Assembly (NCBI GenBank): GCA_002189035.1
Contig: NEEC01000017.1
Span: forward strand, 2,232,001 to 2,296,000
Reading direction: 5' to 3'
From: Utricularia gibba
Taxonomy: Eukaryota > Plantae > Magnoliophyta
Length of the DNA: 64,000 bases
Both the position numbers and the translations under genes were made by a program. Numbering within the stretch: position 1 is the first letter of the stretch; each line of letters begins with the position of its first letter. This document shows positions 25,506-39,574 of this stretch, piece by piece. The notes under the pieces were generated by a model. It was not told where the DNA came from, made no database searches, and saw only the letters and a list, made by a program, of their open reading frames with translations.

Positions 25506-28500
25506 TCATGTAGCAGTGACTGCTGCTTGGGAATCGAAACTTCCAGCTCCTGGAAGTCCTGTTTCTCTTATGACTCTGGGATGAATTACTTTGAATGGTT
25601 GTGAACTGTATGGTCTTCGTAGCAAACTCAGCGGCATCCGCACCAACTGCTTGCGGTTCCGTCTACCTTTCACTAGAATACCAAAGGTTTTTTCGCCTTC
25701 GGTTGTCCACTGCCTTGCAAGATGATCATTGCAACTATGAGCTTCTTCATTTGGACCACCACTGCTGTTCAACAGGTTAATTGGAAAGTTGACACCATCA
25801 ATACTAGAATTATCACACAGACCAGCCTCCCCCAAATGAATGATCGCCTCACCTGAATCTGGAGCTGCATCTTCTTCTTTCTTGGTCTCATCAATAGTGT
25901 CAAGGTCAGCAGGTAAATGAGATGTCACACCTAAGTTCTCTGAGGTTACAGATAATTCCTTTTCATCCAAAACAGGCTGAGGAACTGATTCAACCACTGT
26001 AGGAGATGTGAATTCAACCATGTGACTGCCAGGCCAAATCCCATGGATGTACTCGGGTGCACCATCACATTGCCAGGAAAACTGGCTCTGGGGATGAAAA
26101 TGGTTACCGGCCAGATGAAAGCTGGTAGGGGGCATTGTCTGTGCCTGTGTGTAGGGTGGATACATCAACGGCATATGGATGATATTAGGAGTCAGTGGTG
26201 GCGACGGATAGTGGTGGTGAGGAGGGGAGGTTGGACTGGGTAAAATAGTGGCATGACCTGGATGAAGGCTAACGTTCATTGGCCAAGTGCCAATTGGTGG
26301 AACAGGAACCAGACCAGAAGAAAATGGCATGCTGATGGGCAATGGTGTTACCCGGGGAGAAACAAGTGATGGATTGTATGGAGCTGCTGATGCTGATAAC
26401 TTCTTGCTTGGAGCTTCTTTACAGTAACCAGACAGGTCCTTCATTCCTTCCTCAACCTCCTGAAAGATTGAATTTGATTCATCGCTTGGTTTAGAATCCA
26501 GTGCATCTTCAGTACAAGCAAGACCTTCTGTAGATAGGCCATAGTGTTCCACGTTCTCTGATGAGTCTTTCATTTCATCTGTCTCAGTTGGGTGAGGCAA
26601 AAGCAATGGGGCAACACTGTCAGAGACATCTACCATATCCTCAACATCTGTAACATGAACTGAAACTATCTCTTCCTTCCTATCCAAAGCTTCATTTGCA
26701 ACTGTCACTTCGGCAGGACTTTCATCTTTCATTTCGGAAACATCCTCTTCATCCTTACAACCCATATGCAGATCTTTTTCTAAATCTAGTGATACGAAAA
26801 CAGATTCCTCAGCAACTATGCTCTGCTGTACTTCTTCTAGTTCTCCTTTCTCATCGCTGATCAACATTGGAATGGTACCGGGAGGTGCTAGAGCAACTTC
26901 CTTGTATGAGGGAGATTTACCAAAATTCACTATTGAACTTCTCTTGGAAACTCTCCTGACCTCACTTGGTGGTGCTGATAAAGGCCTTGACTCTACTGCA
27001 CCAGTATTATCTTTCAACCTCTCAGCTCCAGCATCCAAGGTAGATGGAGAAGAAGACTTCACTCTGTAAGCAAGTGTCTTGACTAATTTTTTTCCAAATT
27101 TGGCTCCAGAAGATGTACTCTTTGCCACATAATACTCTGCGGTTCTTCCTGGAGATGATGATCGCTTCCTCAACACATAATACTTTCCACTTTGAAAATT
27201 ACGCTTCAGGACAGTATGATCTTCTTCAGTGACAACATCTTTTCTGTGATGATTCACCGTCTTACCCGCATACTGCCGCCTCTGAGCTTTTCGTCTTCCA
27301 AAAAATCCAGATGATCTTAGTCTTTGAACTGGCTGCCATCCTTCTTCTCCTTCAACATGTTTTCCAACATTCGAAGTAGGAACTGTTTCGGGAACAAGTA
27401 AAGGCTGCTCGGTTTGGACAGGCTTCTCTTCATTGGGCACTCCCGTTTCCTCGGGATGAACTTTAAGTGACGAAGATTCATGACTTTTCGAGGAGTCAGG
27501 ATCAGAAGAAGAATCTTGTTTTTCCTCCACAGCCTCCGTAAGAAGGGGTTCTGAGTCTGAGGCTGCTGGATTTTTCTGAAATAACATTTTTGCCTACAAG
27601 CAAGTAAAAGAAAAAAAAGACACCGTGTTATGAATTCATACATGTGGACACTTCACCGAATGAAAGTACCTTGGCTACAAGATTTCTTCTTTTGGATCCT
27701 GCTGCATCTTTCCCTTTAGCATCTTCACTTGGATTAATGTAGTCCAGCAAATCTGTCACACTGTAAAATAACAATCATAAGAACGTGTGAGTTAGATAAA
27801 TCAGCACTGTTCTGTTAAGTTTGATACTATTTTTAATAGAAAGCAATTTGTGACTATCAAACTAAACTCTAAACCCTAACATTAAAATAAAATACGACAA
27901 TATCATGCAGCATTGGACCAAATGTGTTTTAAACCGGGACATTGAAACAAAGAACATAAGCCACGGTACGAATTCCCTTTCAAACCAAACAGCAAAATTA
28001 GACCCTAATCATGACTGCAACTCTAAATTAAGTCAAACATTTCTGTTAAAACCCGAATAGGGAAGGCAAGTTTGAACTTGAAATTCAATTCAGGACCAAC
28101 CCATTTTCTCCACATTAAACGGAAGAATGTTATTCACCTTAGGTGGCCCTTGCTAGCAATAGATGCATCAGGTTTCCGGGTGCCATTTCGTGCAGCCTCT
28201 TGTTGCTCAAAAGCTTTTGATTCAAAATACTCAAGCCATGCTGCAGCATCCTGCAATACAATTTACACAAGGGTTGGAATTTAAATAACAACATAATGTT
28301 TTATTTTGAGGCTAAAATGTATACTTGTGTGCGAAGGTCATCTGGACCAAGCTTTGATCTAAGTATTTGTAAAGTTGTTTGTTCATGCTGAACACTCAAC
28401 GGGAATGCCTCCATCAACGAAAGGGCAATTGCAATGGCATGATAACTTGCTGCCGTCTGGAAAACATCAAATGCATTAGAAGTTACGACAAATCTGAATG

Positions 28501-31500
28501 GAAAATGCTAAAAGGGAAACTTGCTAAAAAAAGTATAAAGGAACCTGTATATGATCTGGCCCAAGAAGCCTTTGATTGCACTTGAGGGCTTTATGGAGAT
28601 ATCTAAGAGCAAGATGCACGTTACCAAGACCCTCTTCCATCATGGCCACATTTATGTATGTAGCAGCAGTGTTTGGGTGAGAAGGGCCACATGTGAGATG
28701 TAGGAGATAGAGTGCTCGTTTCACATATCTATATAGCATGAAATCAAGCCATTCATCAAAGGAGAACGAAGCAAAATAGAGCAGAAGACCCAAGCGAAAG
28801 AGACCACAGTTTGTAAATCTACATACTTGAGAGCTAATTCTGTGTGCTGTAGCCTGTAGTAGAAAACAGCAAGATCCCCGTAGCTTTTCATGGTATCGGG
28901 ATGATCAAGACCAAGTTCCCGCTCATTAATATCTAATGCTTTCTGCTGATATATTGTAGCCTGTACAAGGTGAACCACATCAACCTTGTGCATTTGGTAA
29001 TGCAAGTCTATAGAACACAGAGATATTTGTTTGGGACAAATACATTTATTAACTGGAAAGTGTTAATACTCCAGAAGACCATTGCTTCTAAATTTTCAAA
29101 TAAAAAAGCAATAAATAAAAAGTAAGTAGCACTATGTAGCTCCACTGCATCCAAACCTTTAACTTTTATACCTGGTTAAAATCTCCTGTGTGATACAAAA
29201 CAACAGCAAGAAGGCTGTAGGCACCGGCCGTCATCCGATGATAAGGACCACACACAGCCACCAACTTTGCAAGGGCCTATAAAAACACATAAAAATGTAG
29301 CTATTTACCAAAAAATAATCCCTCTAAATCAAAGTAAGTTTCAAGAACAAATCACTGAGAATGCTCACCTTTGTCCCATAGCTGACAGCTTCCTCAAGTC
29401 TCCCCTTGTCAAGCGCTGTTTTAGAAGACTCCAAGAGTTGCCGTCCATCCGCAGAAGAGCAAGCCGCTTGCTGAAGGTGCCCATAGACAGATTCTCAATC
29501 AGGAAAGCTTGTACATAAAAAATAGTAACCCGAGACACTTTATTTTTTGTAAGAACTATGCCAACCTTATGCACCGGAACGAGGGAGACTATGTCTTCCT
29601 TTTGAAAAGGATGGGCTGAGTCCATATCAAAGTCCCTAGGTACAAGTTCTATCCCCACCTACGCAAAGAGAGAAATCCTAATTAGTTTACACATACATAA
29701 AAGCAGAAAATGCTAGAGCGTTGATCCACTGCTGAAAACTTTAAAGCACACGTTCTACCATAATTTATACCTTATGACACAAGCCACGAAGAATTGCGAG
29801 TTTTCTCACACTACCATAGTTTGAAATGTTTAGCTGCCAATCATATCTCTTCCTTAAAAATACTTCAAGCCATTTATATACTAAAGGATGGATACCACAA
29901 GAGGGATCCAAATGAGCATCTTCAGGAACACCAAGCATCAAATTCAGTGCATCAGCAATAGCTGTAGCCATTTTCTCGGGTTTCTCAACAGCAGATATTG
30001 TTGCCTGTAAAATATGCTTAAAGGCTCGCACCATCATCTCATGGATGCAGAGAGATTGCACATGTGACAGCTTCTCCGAAAGTTTAACCTGTTTAACACA
30101 AAAATTGTTAAGCTAAGCAAGGTAGATCTAAAAAATTGGAGCTCTAGATAAGATGCATAATACACCAGATTCAAAGTAATTAAACTTAATTTCATGAAAC
30201 ATACAACTTGACCAAGGGAACGCATGCGAAGGCCTCGAGTGTGCATGAAATCTGTTAGTGTCCGGCCATCCACGGGTGACAATTCTAAGGATCCAAAATC
30301 TGCTACCTGCATTATCGGCTCATAAGATTTGAATAAGATCTCAACGCCATTGTGTAACAAGAAAGGAAAGCAGTAGTGGTACCAGCTTAGGCAGTGCAAC
30401 TTCATCATAATATTTCTTCGATAGCTCAACCAATTCTTCAAGAGACTGTAAGGAAATAAAATGATGACTCAGTAAATTGCACACCATATCATTCAAGAAA
30501 ATCAAAGCATGATTTTCTGTCGCAATTTATGTCCTAAAATTTTTTCAACTTTTTCCACACAATTGAGCTGCTGTGTGAAGTTTGTTAAATTTAAACAGCC
30601 TGGAACCTTACGGAACCTGGAACAATTTCTGCTCATGAAACAAACATTAAAAAAAAAACTCTGACAGCAAGAAATAAGTTACATGTGAACAGAAAGTAGC
30701 ATTATGAAATGAAAGGGTCATTTTTGCACTCTTTCATTTAAAATCTATGTTACCTTTCTATGAAGCCCAGTTCCTGATTCTTTTAACCGAGCGAAAGCGG
30801 CATCTGGGATCAACTTTTTGACCAAAAGCTCATCCTCATTAGCATCAGTATCAACCTTGGATTCAGTGACACTTGTGGTCCTTTTAGCCTCAATTTCGAC
30901 AATTTCTGAAGTAGAGGTAACATCTTCCTTTTTTGACTCTTCATTGCTTCCATCCAAATTCTTTTTCCTATTTCTAAGGGATTTCAGAGGCGTTCCTAGT
31001 CCCTCAACCTTCTTATCATTCTTGGTCTTCTCATTAGATGGTTTCTTCTCTTTTTCTGTCTTTTTCTGGTCTTGTAAATGTTGTATCCAGCAGGCCCCAA
31101 GTTCCCACCTTATAAAGGTGTCCATTTCAGATTTTTCTTCATTTAGCTTTGCAATACTTTCATCTAATACTTTCTCAACAAATACTTGAGGTGACCCCTC
31201 GAGTTCTGAATTTCTAGAAGTTGATATTGGTTTGCCATGGCAAGCATTTTCATGAAGAAGAAGCCTCAAACTGCAGATATAAAAATGAAATTATAAACCC
31301 ACTCAAAATAAACCAATGAAAGGAATGTAGGTTGTTCACCTATTGATATTTAGGGCATTAGCACCTCCATCTGGCTGCTCTATGACAATTTGGCTTTGTG
31401 GTGGAGCATCAACAGGGGCATCGGTAATCCCTTGAACTTTCACACTAGCAATATAACCACAGTACCGTACTGTCACAACACCAAGGGTAGCAATATCCTG

Positions 31501-33700
31501 AAAGAAAATAAATCCATCGGATTAGAGCACAAACCATCTGATCGAATCAATGTACACTTCTTCCGCAATACTTACATGGGCAGCAGTATTTTCATCTGCG
31601 GTAATACCCTTAAGCAAGTTTCTCTCACCCAATTTCTTAGTCTCCAATCCGATTGCTAACTGTCCATCAATCTTGGTATCAACTTTGAGACTAGCATTTG
31701 GAGCATCCTTGATGATAGAAACGTCCAGGTCCCCAACTTTCTCGGAGTAGATTATGTGACCATTAGGAATGGAGTGAGCCAAGTCCGGATTACCCATTAC
31801 ATGTCTCACAGCTGAGACAGCTCTGAAAATGGCAGCATCTACGAGTAAACTATGGAGAAGAAAAGCCTTGCGATCTCGAATTTGTCTCTCTTCAGCTGTT
31901 TTGCATGGCATCGAGGCCACGAACATAAGTTCATTTGCATAAGGCAGCACATCGCATTTCCCATCCCTGGCTGGACTTCCTCCATTGCCACCCCAGTTTC
32001 CATCCTCTGTCGGCAGAGGAGGAAATGTCGAGGGTGCATGTGCAGCGGTGGGTGGGATAAGCCAGGTATTTGCTCTGTAACCGAAGGGGAGGTTCCCAAA
32101 CTGCATTGAAATATGGTTACAAGATCATAACCACCTTCTAAAAATCCAAAAGGACGTGGATGAAAAAAAAAATGCAACAAGCTAATGAGATACAAACCTA
32201 CCTTATTTCTCTCCGAGAATGCTTTCATAAGCTCATCATAAGCCTGAAATGGAAAAATATTCTGATCACGAAAACAAAATGAAACAAAAAAAAAGGATTA
32301 ACAACGACAATGAAGTATTATGCTAACATTATCAAAGGGTCTGCTCAGTTGTCTCAATAGATCAACCAGATTGTGACAGAGAACTTGCTGTTTTCCACTA
32401 CAGTAGAAGCCTTTTCTTGAAGCTTCTACCAACACCACTTTTCCATTACACAATTTCACCTGCAGAAAGGCACAGCATATCACATATAGAACAATGAACT
32501 CAAGGTTATCCAGTTCATATCACAGGCTTCGGGTTTCTCACTTCGAGACTGAAAAGATGATCAGCACCACATTCTCCATCGCCGGTTTTCTTCGTTGCCC
32601 TCCTTATAACTGGCATTCAAACACAATTTACTGAGGATTTAGTTCCGAATCCGTCAGAATCGCTTCCAACAAGTGATCAGTAGTTAGAGTGGCTGCATTA
32701 CATTGAAGAGGCGGAGTGAGATGAGATAACGAGAAAAACTCGTAAAAACATCCGAGCTTCGGCGAGGTGTTCTCCATTTCTCCTTCACCATCGCCTCCCG
32801 AACCTTCCTTTCTTCCAGACGCCAGTTCCGAAGCCGGCGACGGCGGCGGTGAGGAATTATCTTTGCTGCTCTTCGCTCTCGGCGACCTTCCAGACTTCTT
32901 GCTACTTTTGCCATCCTGCGAACCGTTACCATCCTTGAGCACCGACGGTCCAAACGACGTGGTGCAGGCGACGATATCCAACAACCTCCTAACATGCGCT
33001 GCCGCGCTCTCCTCGTCGTAGTCCTCTGCGTTGCAATTACCCCTCGTTAGCAAGGGCAAAATAGGGTTTTCGTAGCACACCAGTCGTTAACTCACCTTCA
33101 ACGAGGGTCAGCGTACAGGGCTTGAGTGCGGTAACGTCCACCGTGTCCTTCAACCGTGGGCCCCGCACCTGTTCCAACCCCAGCAACGGATAATACATCC
33201 AAAATAATAATAATAAAAATCCCTCAGTTAAACTAAAATCCCCCTAATAAAACATATTTAATATTCATTAAAAATAAACAAATGTACGGTAATCAACCTC
33301 GTGGGATAGTGAGAAACTGGTGATGCTACACGTCAATGTGTTCACCCCAGCAATCTCCGGATGTCCAGAATCCGGTCCGTCGATATCCCCTGAAACGAAA
33401 CCGAATTCCACCATCACCATATGCAAAATCGAACCGTACGGAAAGGATTCCCGGTTCGGCCGTCGAACCAGGGCACCCACCTTCAACACGACATGAGTTT
33501 CGTCAGGGAGATTCACTTTGACATCCATCAGAACGGGAAGAGCTGCGAGGTGCGAGCATCGCACAAGGCCAAACACAGTCACAAGAAGAATCTTCAACCA
33601 ACGAATGAACGAAATGGAATGGAGTGGACGGACACGCACCTTTATCCTCTTTCTTCTTCTTCTCCCCCTTGCTCTTGCCGCGCCCATTCTTCGGAGCCAT
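25506..33700 (-). CDS. REC1: REDUCED CHLOROPLAST COVERAGE 1 / TSS-like CLU-domain and TPR protein, over 20 exons; one apparent 1-nt deletion in exon 3
   Basis: [60 protein letters not shown]-like segment, [27 protein letters not shown] exons ([35 protein letters not shown]), 2.1-kb terminal exon. Confidence 0.9.
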
Positions 33701-34652
33701 CTATCCGCCTCTCCTTCTTTCAACTGCTCCGGTCACTCAAGGGCAGCAGGAGGGCAATACGAGAGTCACGGGTGGCGGTGACTACTGCGGCATATAGAAT
33801 GCGATTGAAGTCGATCAGCGAATGGAACAGAGCGCTGCGGAATGAATCGTCGTCAATTTCGATCGGCGTGTGGAAGCTGTGAGCGTGAAGACGGTGGAGT
33901 TGGGAATGAGGGAGGAGTAGAAACAGAGGAGTTCGAATTGAAGAGACAAGATGAGATTTTGTGAGCCGAGTGCGATAAGGAAGGAAGGGCTGAGATTTAG
34001 TCTCCGCCTCCTGCACTGCACCACCTCTCTCTCCCTCCTCTTCCTCCTGCTCTAATTAATTAATTATTTTATTTTATTATCTTGTTCCATTTCAACAGAT
34101 TTTTCTCAGACTGTAAAAACAAAGTGTTAATGAACAGTATCTATTTATTCTAGATCTATGTTTGGCATATTTTATTAAAAATTTTTTTTGAAAATTAAAC
34201 TAGAATGGAGATTTTATATTTTCTTTAAAAATACAAAATATTTCCACATTTTTTAATTTTTTGAATTGAAAATAATTATATTTTAATAATAGAATTGTTT
34301 CTGAAAAAGTAAAAATAAATTAAATAAATTGATTTTTGTTACAATAAACAGAAGCATAAAATCGGATAAAATATATGAAAGTAAATGAATGTGAAGGAAT
34401 TGGGCCACGTCATCACCGCCCCCGATCTCATTTTCTAATCCAGCGGATGGCTGTGGTCTGTTTTCCTCCGATTGTATTGAAAATTCTATGTACTGAAATA
34501 GACAAGGATAGAACGCTTGCTTTTTAAGGTAAAAACCCAGACCCTGCTCAAGGGTATACCTTCTTGTTCGTAGCATTCTACATATGTGAACAGATCCCAA
34601 AGTATCAGTGGGACAGGAAGCTGAGATAACAAAAACAGTAGCAACGGCGACC

Positions 34653-36355
34653 TCATTTCTTGGCAAACAGCTTCTTTGGAAGCTTCTCCAGGGGTGTGGT
34701 TTTCAGGAGAAAGAGCCTGGCCGCACGTTCTTGCAGGGTGCCACCGCACTTCAAACCCCGGCTCATAAGTTCTGACTTCAAACGCTCTAACCCAAGAACC
34801 TACATTGAAGATTGGCATGATGTGTAACAGACAAACCCACCATTGAAATTCAGTAATTGATATGGGAATGCTAAGTATGGAGAGGAAAATCAAGGCACAT
34901 ACCTCTAACTCTAGAGCTGAATTGTATTCATTCCAGTTCAAGGGTTGGGCAGATCTTCAGGCTTTTCGATAACATGAGATGGATCTTTGTGACCTGCATC
35001 AGGTATCACCAAGCTAGTACACGATTCAGCAGAGGAAGGGATTCCGCTTTTGCCCATTGAAGGTTGGGAATCCTGGGCCATTTCTGGAACAACTTCACTA
35101 CGGTCTTGGGCGAGCTGGTTTACGAGAGGAGTATCAACACAAGCCACATCACCGGCACCATCTTTGCTGCCAGAGGCTGCGGGGTTGTCTGAAACAATGT
35201 CTTCTACGGGTGTGCTGCCGCCGGAAACTTGACCAAGAGATTCATCATCGATTTTTCCACCAGTAACTGAATCCGAATCTTTGCTGGAATCAGAATGACT
35301 GCCGTTGTCTATTACAACTGACTTATCGTGTTCCTCCTCTTGCTGATCAATTTCATCCCCATCCGAGTCTTCACTGTCGCTATCATCCACCTTTCTCTTC
35401 CCAAACCTTTGACAAAAAGAATAACAGATGAATTAGAAACTACAACGAAGAATTCCTGCTAGGAATGTAGAGAACCTTAGGCAGGAAATGAAAAAATCAC
35501 ATCTTCATTCAAAATGACGAACAAAACCAAATTTTTAAAGATCAAGCAAAAAAGGATGCATGTCAACACAATGAATTTCAAAGGGGTTCCGAGAGAGTAC
35601 CAGATCTTCAGTCTCTTTGATGCAGATCCATTTTCCCCGCCCTCATCCTTTCTCTTCAAGCTTGATAACCCTTTTACAGACTGCTGAATCGCCTTTTCGA
35701 CCTTCTCGATACATAATTCCGAGTCCTCCCTATACTTTGCGACATACTTCTCAGCACTATCTGCTCCGGCAGTCTTTCCACTTTTCGAAACCTCTTTCAA
35801 CTTCTTTCGCAAAAAGTCATCAGCCATCTTCTCCAACTTTCTTTCCTCGGCCGCGGCCCTCCACTCTTCCAACTTCTTTTCAGCATTCACATGCCTTAGC
35901 CTCCGCCCACTCATATCCCGACAAGCATCAAAATTGTTGGTCTTCTTCTGCCCAGCTTTCGTCGCAGCACCTCTGAGAAGTGATCCAAACCCCCCTTTCC
36001 CTCCCCTAAGCCTGAGCGATAAATTCACAACAATAGGGAAATTTCCTGAAATATCGCCTTCAGCGATGGGAAAACTACATTGCACACGATTCTTCTCTCG
36101 GGCCAACTGGGAATCGCAATAAGCACCACTATTCTCAGGTTTCGTGTCAAGAATCAGAACTTGATCGCCGTGGAGAACCCTCGAGTTGTTAATTAGGAGC
36201 AACTGCTCACCTGCGGCTATGGAGGTAAGGTTTTGGATGTGGCGTTTTAGGTCAGCGACGGAGATTGTGGGAACGTCGAAATTTAACAATCTGTGCTTCC
36301 CATCGAGCAATTTCACGAGGACCTGACGGATTCTCGAGTCGGAAGATTCCATCAT
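34653..36355 (-). CDS. SDE2: SDE2 (ubiquitin-fold-activated splicing / replication-stress factor), 3 exons; one apparent 1-nt deletion near 34945
   Basis: UBL ending LRLRGG followed by [10 protein letters not shown]...[18 protein letters not shown]; acidic middle exon; C-terminal [27 protein letters not shown]...FAKK*. Confidence 0.9.
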
Positions 36356-36666
36356 CAGGGACTGAGCGAAGCAATCAAAGCTATTCTCAACCGTCGAACC
36401 ACGACCCTGCGATCTGAGTTTCCAAAAGGGACGACGTTGTTTTGAATTTGGGGATTTTTTTTTTATTCAGTGAACGTCAATATGGGCTGGGCCTGAGAGA
36501 ATACGAGGCTTATTTGGGCCGGGTCGGGTTAGGTTTTATTATATTTAATTGGGCAATCTGGGAGATTCTCTCTCTCTCGCTCTCGCTCTCTCTCTCATAG
36601 CTTCACAAATTTCCAAGCCAAACAGTTGAAGTGAAGATTTTTTATGAACCAAGAGAGCAATCTGGG
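36356..36666. promoter_or_regulatory. Compact bidirectional promoter between SDE2 and ATG6
   Basis: Only 311 bp between divergent ATGs; site II motifs (TGGGCT, TGGGCC) at 36480-36520 and a CT-rich leader tract at about 36568-36596. Confidence 0.65.
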
Positions 36667-39574
36667 ATGAAGAAGAACGCGAGCGGGAATAATATTGCAG
36701 ATAAGGGTCGGATCCTGCCAGAAGATCCGAATCTTCCTCGGTTCCTATGCCAAAACTGCCGGCAAAGTCTTTGCGTCGTCGGTGTTGAATCTTACGCCGG
36801 TATGTGTTTTCCTTCAAGATCAGTCATTTTTTGTCTTCTTAAGGAGACTTGATAGTTACGCCATAGAAATTGTAATGGTGACGTAGGAAAAAAATGTGAT
36901 TCTCTTTTTGCTCTCGTGATTTCGTGGTGTGTAGTCCATATAAGTTGGCTCAAGCCATAAGCCCATTTAGTGATCAAGTGTTAGAATGTTGGTTGTTCAC
37001 CTGAATCCAATAAAAAATTTAGCATTGCTGTTTTTGCGTTCTTATGTTGGTGATATGGTACTGCATGCAGGGATGCTAGGTTCTTCCGTCCTTGGAACTC
37101 TAGTGTTGTAGGCTCAACACGAATGGAAAATTCATTTGTCGTGTTGCCGAAACAAAGACCTCAGGTTCATGGAGCATCTTCTCGTCCCCCTAGTGGACCC
37201 CTGAATCCTGAAGCTACACGGACTAGGAAGGCAATAGATGAGTCGTTTGTTGTGTTACCACCACCAGCCGCCTCCGTGTATAAATGTGAACCTGTGGCTG
37301 ATGGAGGAGGTACCAGTCAGTCTTCCTCTGAGGATGGATCTAGCAGTCCTCTTCAACCGCAAAATCCAGGATTCCACACAACCATAACAGTCCTAAACAG
37401 AGCCTTCGAGATTGCTTCATCACAAACACAGGCATAACCTACCTACAGAACAGCAAGTCTGCATTTTTCCCCATGGGAAGCGTGAATGTTAATGTGTCAT
37501 GTTATGTCTAATCCTTTGCAGGTTGAACAACCATTATGCCTTGAGTGCATGCGAATACTATCTGATAAACTTGATAAGGAGGTAGAAGATGTTACCAGGG
37601 ACATAAAAGCATATGAGGCATGTCTTCAACGCATGGGAGAGGAATCAAATAATGTTCTTAGTGAAGCTGAATTTTTGAAGGAGAAATTGAAGGTTATTAG
37701 TTTACATGTTTGCTTAGAACTCCCATGAGTATAGTTTAATGTTGGGCCTACTTGTCATTTCTTCTGACCTGTCCTGATGGGGATTAAAAATTGTCAAATG
37801 AGATACTGGTCTCCATTTCCTCTACAAGTTGAATTCCTATTTTGGATCTTCATTTCCCCTTGCATTCACACTGTTTACAAGTCTGTATTTAATCTTCTCC
37901 TTGGCCTACAGTTTTCTTTTTTTTTTTTTATCTTTTGGAATGCCCAATGATCTCAGGGTTATTTTTTTTGGCATATCTGTGTCCATGAAGATAGAAGAAG
38001 AAGAAAGAAAGCTTGAAGCTGTCATTGCGGAAACAGAAAAGCAGTTTGCTGAAGTGAATGCTGAACTCAAGGAGCTGGAGCTGAAATCCAGTCGCTTCAA
38101 AGAATTAGAGGAACGGTAATTTCACAATTCTCTTGGTACCCACCTTAATGTTTTATCTTTTCATTCATTATAGCTTGCTTATTTTAACGGTTTGCTGTAC
38201 TGCTATTTGTCTAAAATTTAAACGTTTTCAGGTATTGGCTTGAGTTCAATAATTTTCAGTATCAGCTGATCTCGCATCAGGTTTTGTCCTTCGTCCCATT
38301 TGCATTAAGCAACCGGTCGTTCTTTTTTGCATCTATGTTATCATGTAAAAAACCACTAGCATTTTATCCTGCATGGCTTACAATTCAAGCTCAATAGGAA
38401 GAACGTGATGCAATTCTTGCCAAGATTGAAGTCTCACAAGCTCATCTGGATTTATTGAAACGCACAAATGTTTTAAATGATGCGTTCCCTATTTGGCACG
38501 ATGGTGAGTTCGGTACTATCAATAACTTCCGCCTTGGAAGACTTCCTAAAGTTCAGGTACTGAAAAAGATATCTTTGAACATCAGACTATTATGTGTTCA
38601 AGATTTCTGTTTCAGCGTTTGAGTATTCTCAGGTTGAATGGGATGAGATAAACGCTGCCTGGGGACAATCCTGTCTTCTCCTTCACACAATGGCTCAGTA
38701 TTTCAGGCCAAAGTTTCCGTATCCTTCTTATAAGTATTTGTATGATTTTGTTGTTTCTTATCACTCGATTTATTTCGAGCCGTTCCTTAGTTGTTGCCTC
38801 CAGATATCGCATCAAAATTCTTCCAATGGGAAGTTACCCTCGGATAATTGACACTAACAACAATACATATGAGCTGTAAGTTCTGCATCATATTTATTAT
38901 TTTTGTGCATTTCCCAAGTAGAAAACCATGTGATCCAACGTTGAAATAAAATCATATAAATCCCGTTGTCCATACTGTCTGTGGTTTTCGTTGTACAAAG
39001 AATCATAAATGCTGACATCTCTACTGCAGCAGGTTTGGTCCTGTAAATGTATTCTGGAGCACACGGTATGACAAAGCAATGACTCTGTTCCTAGCCTGCT
39101 TGAAGGATTTTGCCGAGTTTGCGCACTCGAAAGACAAGGAAAACAACATTCCTCCTGAGAAATACTTCAAGCTTCCATACAAGTTAGTTTTGATCTTCCC
39201 ATGACCTGTGGGCAATATTTGTTTCTTATCTCCTGACTCACCCGTTCAAGCCGCTGTGCACACTAACGAGCTGGTTCAATTTAATGAACCAAAGGTTTCA
39301 TAGATTCACTGATTTAGGAGTGAAGAAAGTCAGTTTACTTAACTATTGTTTGTTTGAATCCCTTTGCAGAATTGACAACGACAAAGTGGAAAATTACTCC
39401 ATCACCCAAAGTTTCAACAAACCGGAGAATTGGACGAAGGCTCTCAAGTACATGCTCTGCAATCTCAAATGGGCGCTCTACTGGTTTGTAGGGAACACCA
39501 ACTTCCAGCCACTCTCAGCTTCTGTTTCCCCACATTCAGAAGGGACAAGTTCAGGTTCCATGTCCAGTAAATAA
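36667..39574 (+). CDS. ATG6: ATG6 / Beclin-1, 10 exons; one apparent 1-nt deletion at start of exon 2
   Basis: [87 protein letters not shown]. Confidence 0.93.

Noticed and set aside
34150-34350. Possible second Tourist-like MITE (TGTTTGG...AAACAGA)
   Set aside because: TIRs do not pair convincingly and no target duplication found.
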